The notes: generated by a model not told the origin, from the sequence alone. A DNA stretch of 55,450 nucleotides, filler included, from Sphacelaria rigidula (GCA_964200075.2; 3 parts of 3 records of this genome joined end to end with filler, not necessarily neighbours in it); one strand, 5' to 3'. Positions 12,701 through 24,240 are shown, counted from the whole stretch's first letter. Made by a program: numbers and translations.

Positions 12701-14686
12701 GATGGACGGGCCTGTCAAATGAAAAATACGTCAATGGCCCAGAAGAAAGCCCGTTCGGTTCCTTGGTATCTCACATCTCATCCAGCGTTTGGCGTCTCAG
12801 CTCGTGCCCGCCGTGGGCGTAAGCACATTTGGCAGCTGGCGTGTTCATTCGCGCACAGCAGAGCCCGCCACGGATGGCCCAGAGCCACAGGCAAACCATT
12901 AGTCATTGAACCGTTGTGCCATCGAAAACAGTACGGGATTGCTGTTTATGAGCGGCAATTGGTCCCTCACTCGTACATATATGTAGATATATATATAGAC
13001 TGCAGGAGGAAACACGCTGCCCGGCTATGTATCGCATACAGAAAAAAAATCACGCTCACCTTTGAACACTTACCTTGACTCGGTTGGACCTTTGAACGCC
13101 TACCTTGATTCGATTGGGTGTCAATTCCCTGCGATAAGCTTGAGAACTAACAGGTGTATGTGGTTACGGTTTCAATCGGGTGGTTTCCGAGGCATTCTCT
13201 GCCCACCCCTATGGAATATGGCCTGGCTTATCCTATTACATGCAAGTCGTAGAATGAACCAACCCTATGGCGTCGGAGTGCGGGCGCAAACAACCCTACT
13301 AGTAGAAAAGAAGGGCGCTCCCCCTTGTGAAGGACACTTGGTACGAGAGATACCCCGCACATTAATCCCACGCAGTGGACAAGAAGCAAATATGCGCGTT
13401 GTGACTGAAAAAAACACAGATCTTTGATTACTTTTCCAAGAGGCACGGACCTTGTTGATCGCACTCACCTCCATACATGCAGGAACCCCGCTGCCAGTTG
13501 CGACAAAGCTCAGTCTACAGAGCGGGGTTGAGGTGGAGCCCCGGCAAGGGGAGGGCATGTGATTAGTCGATGGCTTGAAGGAAATGGGCGTGGTGTGGCT
13601 CAAGTACAAATGACAGAATGAATGTGGATCGGAACGCATGACGCGCCTCTTGAGCAAGAAGGTTTGAAGAGAAGTAATTGGCTAATCCGAGTCATTTTCA
13701 CTTTGAAGAAAAGGTTACAATTAGGGGGCACTAGTATCTATATTGTAGGGTTACCGTGTGAGTAAAGTTGTGGCATAGTTGTTTACCATGGAATCAAGAG
13801 TATGGCAGCACAAAAACAACAAGATATGTCCGAGGCTATAGAAGAGAGCGTGAGAGAAAGGTGTGGTCATCGGCCAACAAGCCCGATCTGGTGCCTGGAA
13901 ATGGATCCACATACGACGGAACGCCGTGCAAGGTTGATGGTGCGTGTAGTCCCCATTGTACTGCGTGAGAGGACCGCGTGCTTAGAGGACCGCACCTGAA
14001 TTTGAAAACCGCTATGGTTAGGGTTAGAATTATGGTTAGTGTTGGGGTTAGCGTCAGGGGCGTGGTCCCTGCAGGGACTGGCTCGATTGGTCTTGAAAAA
14101 CGTCGATCCTGACGTGTTTCGAACTATGACGCGGTCCTCTAAGCACGCGGTCCTCTCACGCATTACACCCATATTCTGCCGATTTGGCATGATGACAGCG
14201 TTTAGCCCGTTCCGCGATTAAAATTGCCCCAAGGTATCGGCGTCACGAAAAATGAATCATCCATGATCCTGGCATTCTCTCGCTGACTGTTCCGTCAGCA
14301 AGTGTTCCCGTTCACTTCCGCTGCATTGCCTATCTTGTGACCGTCGCAGAATTCGTTGCGGGTCAGCTCATGTGAGACAACTGGTCGTTCAAACAACCGA
14401 TCTGGATAGCATCGCACGATAATGAGCACATCGGCACAACCAAAATGCAGTGCGGTGAAATGATGTTTCGATTCCCACCGTGATACCTAGCGCTGGGTGC
14501 AACAGCCTTTTTCATCACCTTCCTGTTGGCAGACACGATGCCAAGGGTAGGCTTGCCCATTCTCGGAGTGAAGCGATGGCCGGCTCCCCGCCTTTTCATT
14601 CCTCTGCCCATACCAGGCTGGAATCGACGGGCCACAGCGGAAACCATGAGGGTGCGATTCAGAAGAAAGACACCACCGTCGTTCAT
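3708..14686 (-). CDS. Tandem CCCH zinc-finger (Tis11/TTP-like) RNA-binding protein, 13-exon model, about 543 aa; 5' end uncertain
   Basis: Phase-consistent exons: 14686-14519, 13514-13469, 12835-12775, 11782-11728, 9715-9678, 8913-8763, 8084-8017, 7102-6850, 6430-6313, 6096-5907, 5385-5236, 4667-4592, 3965-3708 (1632 nt, ends TGA). The spliced product contains NRKTELCRNWQRGSCMYGAAKCAYAHGGHELR and KFRCYPCMTWVATGSCPYFARCVFIHDPR. All introns are GT-AG except one GC-AG. The zinc-finger exons are solid. The C-terminal exons, the start codon and a possible 27-nt micro-exon (8537-8511) are less certain. Confidence 0.85.
5487..5679 (+). mobile_element. TGT...ACA MITE with telomere-like tract, copy 1
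   Basis: 37-bp TIR tgtaatgcgtgagaggaccgcgtgcttagaggaccgc with a few mismatches; flanks gacag/gacgg. Confidence 0.9.
10365..10567 (+). mobile_element. TGT...ACA MITE, copy 2 (more diverged)
   Basis: Same TIRs and internal sequence; TSD degraded (tccac/tcaca). Confidence 0.9.
10775..11045 (+). pseudogene. Ankyrin-repeat-like relic, antisense within an intron of the CCCH gene
   Basis: FENGVDVDTNGHVRGSTALDSA, followed after a frameshift by RHGYVLV, resembles the ankyrin consensus GADVN...GxTALHxAAxxG. Confidence 0.3.
11238..11453 (-). mobile_element. TGT...ACA MITE, copy 3
   Basis: Perfect 37-bp TIRs and a perfect 5-bp TSD CATGG. Confidence 0.95.
13957..14167 (-). mobile_element. TGT...ACA MITE, copy 4
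   Basis: TIRs with one mismatch and a perfect 5-bp TSD CCCAT. Confidence 0.95.
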
Positions 14687-15578
14687 TGAACATACTGTGC
14701 AACCGTGAAATGGAGATTATCTTACATGTTATTGGCACATAAGTCGTGAACTGCAGCTTCTTGATTGTTCTGCAATGAATCACCCTCAGAACCGAAACTT
14801 GCACATCTAAACCCGTGCATGTCGGCTAAATTTTACGTGCATCGCAATTTGAAGTCATGGTAATGTCTGCGCCGGTCAGTCAACGTCCTCAACACACGAT
14901 AGGCACGCAGTAGTCGTCCGTTCACGTGCCAGCTGACTGTCTATCGTGAGGGCAACAGAAGGATTCATCGCTACAACCACGACTAAAGAGAGACGGACTG
15001 CCCTACTAAGAACCGGTCTCATCAAGGACAGGAACTCCACGTTCTTCCTTACGGCGGCAATGCCGTAACACGGTAGTCGAGACACCAGAGGAGCGGCGTA
15101 TCGTGCGTATGATGTCGTGATGCTACAGCATTATGATTTCGCTACGTTCCGCGTCACCATCATGACAGCGCTCTTCAACGAAAAAGGCTTAGATATGCAA
15201 GGAATGCGGTATGCTATGATATAGACCTATGGATTGCTGGTGCTGAAATTCACGCAAATGCTCAACTTTTCCCTGGTTGTAACGAATTGGCAGCTTGTAC
15301 TCCGTTGTCACGCAGAGAAAGTACACTAGATAGGTCAAAGTATACAAGCCGAGCGCCTCTGCCTCAAAACCGAAGAAGATTGATTCCTGATGACACCCCT
15401 TTCTGAGCTTGAAGAAACTCACCTGCATCACAAAACGTGCGTATAAATAAAATCGGCAACAGTTGCTTCCACCCGGGTGTCCGAATGGCGACCTCTTCGT
15501 CCTTTCGTCGGACCACAGGAAAAGCAATAACCCTTAGAAGACCAGTCTGTGATGAACCTGACCAAAACGCACGCAGGG

Positions 15579-15783
15579 TGTAATGCGTGAGAGGACCGCG
15601 TGCTTAGAGGACCGCGCCGTAGTCCAAAACACCCTAGGATCGACGTTTTTCGAAACCAATAGGGCCAGTTCCCGCAGGAACCACGCCCCTGACCCTAACC
15701 CCAACACTAACCCTAACCCCAACCATAGGGATGTTCAAATTCAGATGAAGTCCTCTAAGCACGCGGTCCTCTCACGCATCACA
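15579..15783 (+). mobile_element. TGT...ACA MITE, copy 5
   Basis: Same TIRs; flanks caggg/caagg. Confidence 0.9.
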
Positions 15784-16659
15784 CAAGGGATGATTGAAAG
15801 GAATACAGCGGAGAAAGGGGAGAGGTTTGGCTTAGTTGTAACTACGTGAATATCGGGTTTCTACCTCACCTGATTCATGGACAAAAGAAAGAGAGAGAGA
15901 AGTCTGATACCGCAACGTCGTCTGCCCGCCTGTCCTCGCTGGGTATGACACCAAAATACAACGCCCAGCCGTTTTCAAAATTGCCCAACATATGGTGTGA
16001 TGAATAGGTCGACATGTTGCTGGAGATGACGACCACAGCAATAAGACGAACCAGAAAAGTATCCTAAAAACTAAAGAGTACGAGATCAAGTGTCGTGGCA
16101 TTTGGCTGCTTCTTGTCTGGAGCTTTGCCCTGAGACAGAACAGCCGCTGTCCGTCTTCTGTAGAATCCATGGTATCATCCAAGTATACACGTGCCACCAA
16201 ACCGAAACCAACTCTCGTGGCTTTACACTGACTAAACGAACCATAAAATGTATGGTCTAACCTCTGCACGTACAGCTAGACCAAGCAGAGCAAAAGGTTT
16301 TTTCTCAAGTAGTCGTGGTTATATACACACCGTCCTTCCTTCAAGTGCTTTCTTTCGTGGAGAGACACTAATAACGATGAAAGGGCGTTTCGGCTTCGCA
16401 CATCATGTCAACCACACCACGCATTTGTGTGACCGCCAGACAGTCCTGACCCCGTTCACACGCACTCACCCCGCAGAGTGCCGAAAGTGGTCTTGCAAGG
16501 GCGTGGTTTCAACGGGTTTTATGTGGTCTATACCGTTGATATTGCTTGTGGCAGATGAGGGGTTGGTTGGCAGAAAGATGGAGAACTGGAAAATGACACA
16601 GGGGTCAGTTCGTCGCCATTTTTCGCTCAGAAGACGTGTTGCTCGGAGTCTCGCCGTTT

Positions 16660-16945
16660 AACATCGTATTCGTGAGATTAAGAGTAGAGCGCTGATTGAG
16701 GGTGCCTTGAACCATCCACTTTGACTTAGCCAATTTTTAATTCTGTGTCTAGTACTCTTCACCTCCATCACTAGCGTGTGCTTGCAGCCACACGTCGATA
16801 TCCTACTCAGGGATATCGAGGGCCACAGTGGCAAGCTATCGAGCGTCGTTCGGGAGCATTTCGGAACTGAAACGGTTCATTCACTAATCGACCGTTTTTC
16901 ACTCTCAATCGTATCCTCTACTCTCAATGTCGCGAAAACATTGTT
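16660..16945 (+). mobile_element. ~285-bp TIR element; relatives at 1-62 (right end only), ~45858-46115 (truncated) and ~46830-47397
   Basis: Inverted ends ttcgtgagatt(g/a)agagtagag...ctctactctcaat(c/g)tc(a/g)cgaa, with a conserved interior across copies. Confidence 0.75.
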
Positions 16946-17476
16946 GCTTGCCATCTACGGAGAGGGGACACCTATACGCACAGTATGTATATACATCCAG
17001 TGGCCGCCGAAGATCGGTGCGACAAAAGCAACAGCTCTTTGTATGTGTTGTATACCGTCATGCCGGATGCATGCGTCTACTGGAGGGGCACAGGGCAGCT
17101 CGCACAGGGGGCAATTCGACTTCACGCGGGAGGTCTATCAAGGCGTAAATTTCTACACAATAATACCATTGAGCAGCCAAGCAAAAGCTATCCACGCGTT
17201 GCGACGATGGTGACAAAATCGTGGTACTGGAGGCGTACGTGTGCTGTTTTTCACAGTGGGATAAAGTCAACACAATGCAACAAGTCTGCTTCAAAGCGTG
17301 CACCCGGGTGAGCGTGTTACCAGATATTGAATCTCGTCAACGATCCGCATGACGAGTCCCGGGGTTCATCAATTTCTGCGCCATACATGAATTTCAAAGC
17401 AATCACACATGATTGGCATCGCGTCCAGAGGCACGGATCGTTACGAAATAATTAAACTGAAATGAAATAACCTATT

Positions 17477-17799
17477 GCCGGTCGCCGCGATGGCTCAGTT
17501 GATGACCTCGAACCATTTTGACGGTTAGGTCGTGGGTTCAAATCTCGGAGCGATCTGGGATTTTTCTCACACAATGCCCTACAGTGGAGAGCAACTATGT
17601 CGTGGGTACAAAAAATTCGACTTCGACGAGGGAAAGGGACTACAAACCGCAGGAGGAAGGTAGAGAATTATAAGCAAACGAACAAGAAAAAAATACTGTG
17701 TTGGGCTTCCTCGTGTGTGACCCCGGCTGGTGCGCCCAGATATACCGAAAGTTGTATACCGTGGTCCAGAGTAGATGGAACGAGAATACAACACACGCA
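17477..17799 (+). mobile_element. tRNA-derived SINE, copy 1
   Basis: A-box tggctcagttga and B-box ggttcaaatct, followed by a ~250-bp body shared with the copy at 23088-23450. Confidence 0.8.
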
Positions 17800-18419
17800 A
17801 CAACATTGGTATAAAAGGTAGAGGGACTGGTCAAAAAATGAAGTTAACGTACTGTTCTTGAAATTAGTTATTGTACTATAAAAATAAACCTCTATGAACC
17901 CGCCGCCACATGATAGATCTTCCACAAGTGCGTATGTTGTTCAAGAGCGCTAAGCGCAATGGGCTTACAGCAACCTTGACTAAGGCCCATTGTTTTCGAC
18001 ACTGTTTTTCCGAATATCTCCGTGATTGTTGGGACCGGCATGCCTGATTATTTTCGAATGTTTGCGAGCGCCACGGAGTTTCACAGGGCAGCTCTCTCAA
18101 GTGCTGTGTTGCAGTCCGAATTTTTTCGGACTTCTACAAAAATGAAGCGTCGGATAAAAAATCAAGCCGCTTTGTTCTCGGAGAGTCTGAAGGCAGCGTC
18201 CAAAAACCCTGAAAAATTATGTAATCTCGCGAGAGAGACTGCCGATCATAATGGGCCTCAGACTTTGAAAATATGATCACTTTGAACAAGGGGGTGTACT
18301 GATGAACATGCATGCCATAGAGCCATCCTAAGATAGGGGGGGGGGGGATTTTGGGCCATTTGTTGCTCGAAATTTCGGGGCATATTGTCGCTGAAAGCTG
18401 CCGGGGCTGTTCGAACAAG

Positions 18420-18519
18420 NNNNNNNNNNNNNNNNNNNNNNNNNNNNNNNNNNNNNNNNNNNNTTAATTAATTAANNNNNNNNNNNNNNNNNNNNNNNNN
18501 NNNNNNNNNNNNNNNNNNN
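18420..18519. other. Assembly linker N44-TTAATTAATTAA-N44
   Basis: Exactly 100 nt; the core places stop codons in all six frames. Confidence 0.97.
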
Positions 18520-18736
18520 CTTAAGATGCCCAGTACCAATGTACCGCGCAGATATCGGAACGGCTTTTAATGTGAAGACAACAACAACATACATACATGC
18601 ATGTGGGAACCACCACATAGAAGGGGCAAATCCCACAATTGTCCAGGAATGACATTTGCACACTGGCAACACCATGAGATAGCTCGTACGCTGCATAAAC
18701 TGAAGGTTCCGCGTTCAAATCCCGATTCCTATCAAA

Positions 18737-19082
18737 ATGGTGGGAATAAAAAAAGAAAAAGTCGATACCCCCTGTAAGGAGTCACACAATCACGGAAAAC
18801 CACCTGCGGCGATTTTTGGTTGGATGACTAAACACACGTCGAAGATATGTGAGTCAAAAAGCAAGATTCCAACCGCTAGCCAGCGTAAAAGGTAGGTTAC
18901 TCGTGAGGTAATGGTGGGAGTAAAAAAAATAAAACAAAGTGGTGGATACCCTCTGCAGCAGACTTGAAAAATCACGGAAAACCTCCTGCGGCGAATTTTG
19001 GTCGGATAATCCAACACACGTAGAAGATATGTGAATTAAAAGGCAAGATTCCAAACGCTAGCCGGCATAAAAGGTTACTCCT
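18737..19082. repeat. Diverged tandem duplication, unit ~175-180 bp
   Basis: aatcacggaaaacc.cctgcggcga...aagattccaa.cgctagcc occurs at ~18788 and ~18970. Confidence 0.8.
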
Positions 19083-19635
19083 ACAAAAACCTCCGAGAGG
19101 TTCATATGTATGTATATATATAAATCGACGGCACCCTCAGGTCTTTGGTGCCTACCTCCGAAACCCTCACCCTGCCCGTCTATCACAGAAAAAACCAAGG
19201 CGCATGTTTTTGTATGATTCTTTGGAGCTTCACGCATGTGAGGAGAATCCGTCCATAAAAGCTCAAATCTGGTGATAAAATGCGTTCGTGAGAACAGAAG
19301 AAGACTAGCACGTGCAGCAAATCCAAGTCGACAGCTGCCGGTAGCCGCAATGATTCGCCAACCTCATTCCCCTCGCCTCAGTCAAGAACGTGACGGATAC
19401 GCAATATCAAGCGGCCGTGCGAGCCCCACGTCCACCGCGGGAGTCAAAACAGCAGCCCACACTCAACAACCACAGCAAACTCGTTGTGGCAAAAAATCAG
19501 ATTCAAGCGTCGAAACCTGGCGCCGAACAGCACAACCTGTCGGCATACCGCCCCCACCCCTGTTGCTGGCAATTATAAAAATATCAGTTGCGGTCATGCC
19601 GGGTAACGACCACCCACAGAGCCTGCTTGGCTTCA

Positions 19636-20250
19636 GACCACGTCCCGTAGGTCGGCAACAAGGTCAAACTCATCGTGCCCCCCATTCACGAAGCACAGCC
19701 CATCCATGGAGTCCTTCATACCGCTGTAAAATATAACCGCAGCTATGGTGCCCCGTGGCCCCCAAACCATAATGTTGATGCCCAGAACAGCACTGGCTGC
19801 AGCAAGGCGCTTCATCCTCAGCCACGGAGCTTGGCTCTACACCGCCCACTTCATATGCCTCCTGAGCCATTCGACTGTGCCAGTCTCAACCTCGAAATGC
19901 CTCCTCCAAAGACAAGTGAGGGGTCATATTCCCCTGCACTCTGGCGATGTAGTGACGGTAACTTGCTGCTTGCTCAGGGACCTTGCACAGTTCCGCGCCG
20001 CATACCGTTCGCATAATGTAATCGAACATCGCTCCTTTCAGGGCCATAACGAGCTTGCTCGCGACATTCTCCTCGCGTGCCAGCGCTTTGGGGACTAAAG
20101 TAGTGGGCGGTCTAACTATTGAGGGGTGTTTTGGGGTTTTCCTCGCGTACTGCTCTCGGAATTGCTTCTTAGCGTCGGTAGATTTTGGTGCAATGAACAG
20201 ACCATCCTCGAAATACAGTGCCCAAGTCAGTGTTATTTGGTGTTATCATA
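19636..20250 (-). pseudogene. Decayed intronless coding relic with OTU-like protease motifs
   Basis: Reading across frameshifts and one stop gives D-L-G-H-C-x-F-E near 20230-20205, LAAASAVLGINIMVW near 19806-19762 and LCFVNGGH near 19700-19675. This follows the order of the OTU Cys-box, middle helix and His-box. Confidence 0.3.
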
Positions 20251-21924
20251 TGTAGTTTCGAAGGCCTTTTACCGGCTGTTGTCATGCAGCTGATTTTCCA
20301 TATATGACGCCAACATGCTAGACCTTTCTAACAGGTCGTCAACTAACAGGTCGTCAAATGAGCTCGAGTTCGCATGCCGGACCGCCTTCACGATGTCGGC
20401 CCCACTTCTTGTGTTTGGTGCTTCCGAAAACGGTATGCTTATCACTTGTTTTATGCCCTCCATCCATTCTTCGAATACATCCATCTTCCTGTGGGATGGC
20501 GATATGCCTACCACCCTTGTTGCTGTGATGTTTCTGTACTATCCAGTACTATGCGGACTATCACCGCAATGTCTCGCCACCCAGAAACACATCCCCGCAA
20601 TTTTCTCACGCAGTTTCATGAAAAAACACCGAAGGGGCGAACAAATATGCTCCTTTCTCGCCGCCGTCAAAAGAGAGGATACCTCCTTCTCTTGTAAGTT
20701 ATAACACTCGCCGGGCCGAAAAACACGCCTTGGGCGAATAGTTTTGCGTCAAAGCTTGCAAACGCCAGCCATATGACGTTAACAACACAGCACTTTTACA
20801 CGCACCGGTACCAGAAAAGTAATGCGGGGACACCAGTCTGTGTACTGAAATGTAGTGACCGCACTGGGTACAATGCCATACTGGAGGGAAAGAGAGCTGA
20901 AAAATGTAAAATGTAGTTTTCATGTCTCAGATCAGTGTTGCTCTTTTTCAGATGATACGGAGGCGGTAATTTGGAAGATTAAGCACCCAACCACATCTGG
21001 CGTCTGATCATACTGAGACTCCACGTATACGCAGCTTGAAGCCGCCGGTAGGTGGTGTCACAGCAGTATCGGTGGCTCAAGGTGTTTTGTGCGCCCTGCG
21101 CGGATTGAAAGGATATTGCGCATGATGCTGGATGTCATTTCGCAACATTTCTCACTATCTAGTGATAATTCTAGAGGGAACGATCACATCCGCGCAGAGG
21201 TAGCAGCAGATCTTACCAGCGTTGTCACTTAGGTGGGCCGTTTATCGGTCGACGCTCGGAGTAAGAGAGAACACAACCACGAGTCAGGGTTCAACCTATC
21301 TTTGAGTTAACTGCCCTTGGGTTTTATACGTCCTCTTGCGCAAGATGCGGCCGTACAGCCAAGCCTACGATAAACGTGTCTTCTACCAGGGGTCACTGTG
21401 AAGCTGTTCGGCAAGAGGGAAACGTCTCCTTAGGAAAGTGCTAGACTTAGCGAGCCAGAGACGACGAAAGTCTGACGACGATGAGGGCGCCTGCCGTCAT
21501 CTTCTGTCAGAACAACCTGCAATCGAGGACGCTCCCACGTGAATGTCTCGAGGTTTCTCCGACAGTCGCCCTTTCGCGGACTTTTTCATCAGTTCACTTG
21601 GCTTCAGAGTAGGACGGCGTGCAAGTTGAAATTTTCACGGATGGATCGCGAGTATTCCAGCCCTGCTGAGGCGTGGTTCGCGTCGTACAGCCAGTACAGG
21701 ACTCGTTGTATTGCCGGCTCGAAGCATACAGTGTCAACTTCGTCGTGCATTCCTCAGCCGCGATGCATTTCGTATACCAAGTGCTCCCTCTCCCCTCAGT
21801 GATGTGCATCTTTCGCCACCCGGGCGCCTCAGTCTGTGAGAAATATATATTCTGTTAAATGCCTTCATACTCTTGAAAAAACAGTACTGAGGCAGAAAAC
21901 AGTACGATAGCCCCACGGGAACCG

Positions 21925-22340
21925 TAGGTAAGGTACCGCACCGAGAGTACCCCCGCTTTTTACCGGGGTATCCCATACCGTGGTAAGCGTGGGTATCGTA
22001 ATTATGGGTTGTGAAAATACCTGACTGAGCGGATACGGTACGTACTGGTATCTTGAAATACCGTGGTATCGTGAGTATCGTAGGTATATAACATTCGAAA
22101 ATACCTGACTGAGCGGGTACGGTAGATACTGGTATCTCGTAATACCGTGGTATCGTAGGTATCGTAGGCATGACGTTTGAGAATACCCGATTGGGCAGGT
22201 ACGGTAGGTACTGGTGTCTCGAAATACCGTGGTATCGTGGGTACCGTAGGTATGACATTTGAAAATACCCGATTGGACAGGTATCGGTAGGGTATGAGAT
22301 ATCCCAAATACCAGTACCGGGTACCTGCCTTACCCTCTAG
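21925..22340. repeat. Dispersed element built from ~82-bp internal tandem units, copy A
   Basis: The unit gaaaatacc..a.tgagcgg.tacggta...aaataccgtggtatcgt starts near 22013, 22097, 22179 and 22261; both ends are ggtacc-rich. Confidence 0.8.
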
Positions 22341-23087
22341 ACCGATTTCAAAACTCTCATCCGGCAGTGCGGAGAAGCGTTTCAGGGCGTGTCTTGGCAC
22401 TTTTTTTCAATCGAAAAAATGGGGCGGTGGAATTGATTTGAGCAAAAATCGCTCAATTTTGTCGAGTTGGGTCCAAGCGAATTTTCAAGCTTTCGGTCGG
22501 AAAAAGACAGCAAAATAGTGAAACGGTGCAACATGGTCACTCGTATAGTACAGATAGTCTGTGATGTCTGCACTGGTTGCGTGCAGTGTTTCTTGAGTGC
22601 ATGTGTGCGTGGTTCGTACAGCAGGATTAAAAAGAGACCCGGGCAACGTGCAGTGCTGACAGCACAGGACTACGAATATCAGTTCCCTCTGCTTACAATG
22701 CGACGTGAAAAGGACTTTCAACAACGTGCAGCTTTGTACTGCCTGCACTATCCATGAGCACGTACGCAACTCGGTTGCCGACCGTACCACGCAGTTTCGT
22801 CGCTGACCCTACCATGAAAGAAGATGCGCAAGTTCTCGGAAACAAATAACAAAGCACACCCGACTACTGCAGTGTAGCTATCCCTGCGCTCAACTCGTAC
22901 CCGATGCTGCAGGGTTGCCGTGGAAGCTGAGACTGAGTTGGATGGATTTAGCATCGTTCTGTGAGCTGGTGTAATCTGGCATGGTGGTCTGTAAGATTGG
23001 AGTCAAGTGCCGCTCCGTGCCTTTCGACCCCTTGCTTCAGATCGAAAAGCTTAGTTTTTTTGCTTTGTAGTTTTTCTCCGCGCGCCA

Positions 23088-23450
23088 CTGCGTGTGTGTT
23101 GTCGTCCCATCTACTCTGGACGCTGGTCTACACCTTTCGGTATATGTGGGCGTATCGGCCGGGGCCTCATAGGAGGAAGGTCAACACAGGAGCTTCTTTT
23201 TTATTCATTTTTTTAGTACTCCAACTTCCTTGTGCGGTGCTAGCCGTTCTTTTTTATCGCGAGAAGGGTTCAGCAGTCCCTTTCCCTTGTCGATCGTTGA
23301 GTCGAATTTTGTGTACCCACGACACAGTTGCTCTCCATTGCCGGGCATGCATGGTGTGAGAAAAAATCCCAGATCTCTCCGAGATTTGAACCCACGACCC
23401 ATCCGTCAGAAGGTTTCGAGGTTACCAACTGAGCCACCGGGGCGACCAGC
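23088..23450 (-). mobile_element. tRNA-derived SINE, copy 2
   Basis: Reverse strand reads ggtggctcagttggtaa...gtcgtgggttcaaatctcgg, followed by the same body as 17477-17799. Confidence 0.8.
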
Positions 23451-23779
23451 GCCACTGATTACAAATTCGAGTTGAAGCCTTCCAAGAACAGAAATGCGGT
23501 GGGTCTATCAGGTCGAGAAAAAATCGACCGCACTTCAGACTACATAATAATAAGCTCAATTGAATTGATCCAAACACGAAAATCAGGGGGAATTTGGGTA
23601 TATTTTTACTCGTGAAAACAAGGCGTACCTGCTCCGACAACTTCTGGCCTTCGCATACCAGCTGCTGCACCGTGGGGAGTGCAGTGCACGCGTGCGGTAT
23701 TTTCTCGGGTATACTCCCAGTAAAACTTTACATGCGTTGACGGTTCATTACTTTTTTTTGTCACGACTTAGTCTGATAT

Positions 23780-23978
23780 GTCCTTCTGTACAACCACTCT
23801 CTTTTTTTCTTTTTCTATTCCTATTTTTTTCTGCTTCTGTTCCTTTTTTTTCCTTTTTTCTTAGAGCGTGTCTGAGTTTCGTTTTTCTTGGATACGTCTA
23901 TCATGAGACCACGGCTGGACCCCGGGGGGGTCAGCTGAAGGGTGACAATCAATAAAAAAAAATCAATCATCAATCATT
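23780..23978 (+). repeat. Retroposon-like 3' end with a (CAAT)n tail; second copy ~54944-55170 on the minus strand
   Basis: A T-rich stretch, then tacgtctat(c/t)atgagaccacggctgga, then caatcaat repeats in both copies. Confidence 0.6.
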
Positions 23979-23980
23979 CA

Positions 23981-24240
23981 CCCGGGTATCCCATACCGTG
24001 GTATGCGTGGGTATCGTGGGTGTGAGTTTTGAAAATACCCGATTGAGCGGGTAGGGTAGGTATCGTGGGCATCGTACGTATGAGTTTTGAAAATACCCGA
24101 TCGAGCGGGTACGGTAGGTATTGGCATCTCGAAATACCGTGGTATCGTGGGTATCGTAGGTAAAACACTTGAAAATACCCGATTGGACCGGTATCGGTAG
24201 GGTATGAGATGTCCCAAACACCGGTACCGGGTACCTACCT
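23981..24240. repeat. Same element family, copy B with fewer units
   Basis: Shares the tandem units and the right end ggtatcggtagggtatgagat...gtaccgggtacct with copy A. Confidence 0.8.

Noticed and set aside
5491..15849. Recurrent ORFs starting MRERTACLEDR as a peptide family
   Set aside because: They are translations of the MITE TIR, which contains an ATG, and they run into unrelated flanks.
17477..17555. Functional tRNA gene
   Set aside because: There is no convincing acceptor or anticodon stem, and it is fused to a repeated body, so it is a SINE head.
18464..18475. TTAATTAATTAA as a biological motif
   Set aside because: It is embedded symmetrically in N-runs at both gaps, so it is a scaffolding artefact.
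21540..21660. Hammerhead core (CTGATGA...GAAA on the minus strand) and RNase H motif IFTDGS on the plus strand
   Set aside because: No stem II pairing supports a ribozyme, and no other RNase H or RT motifs are in register.
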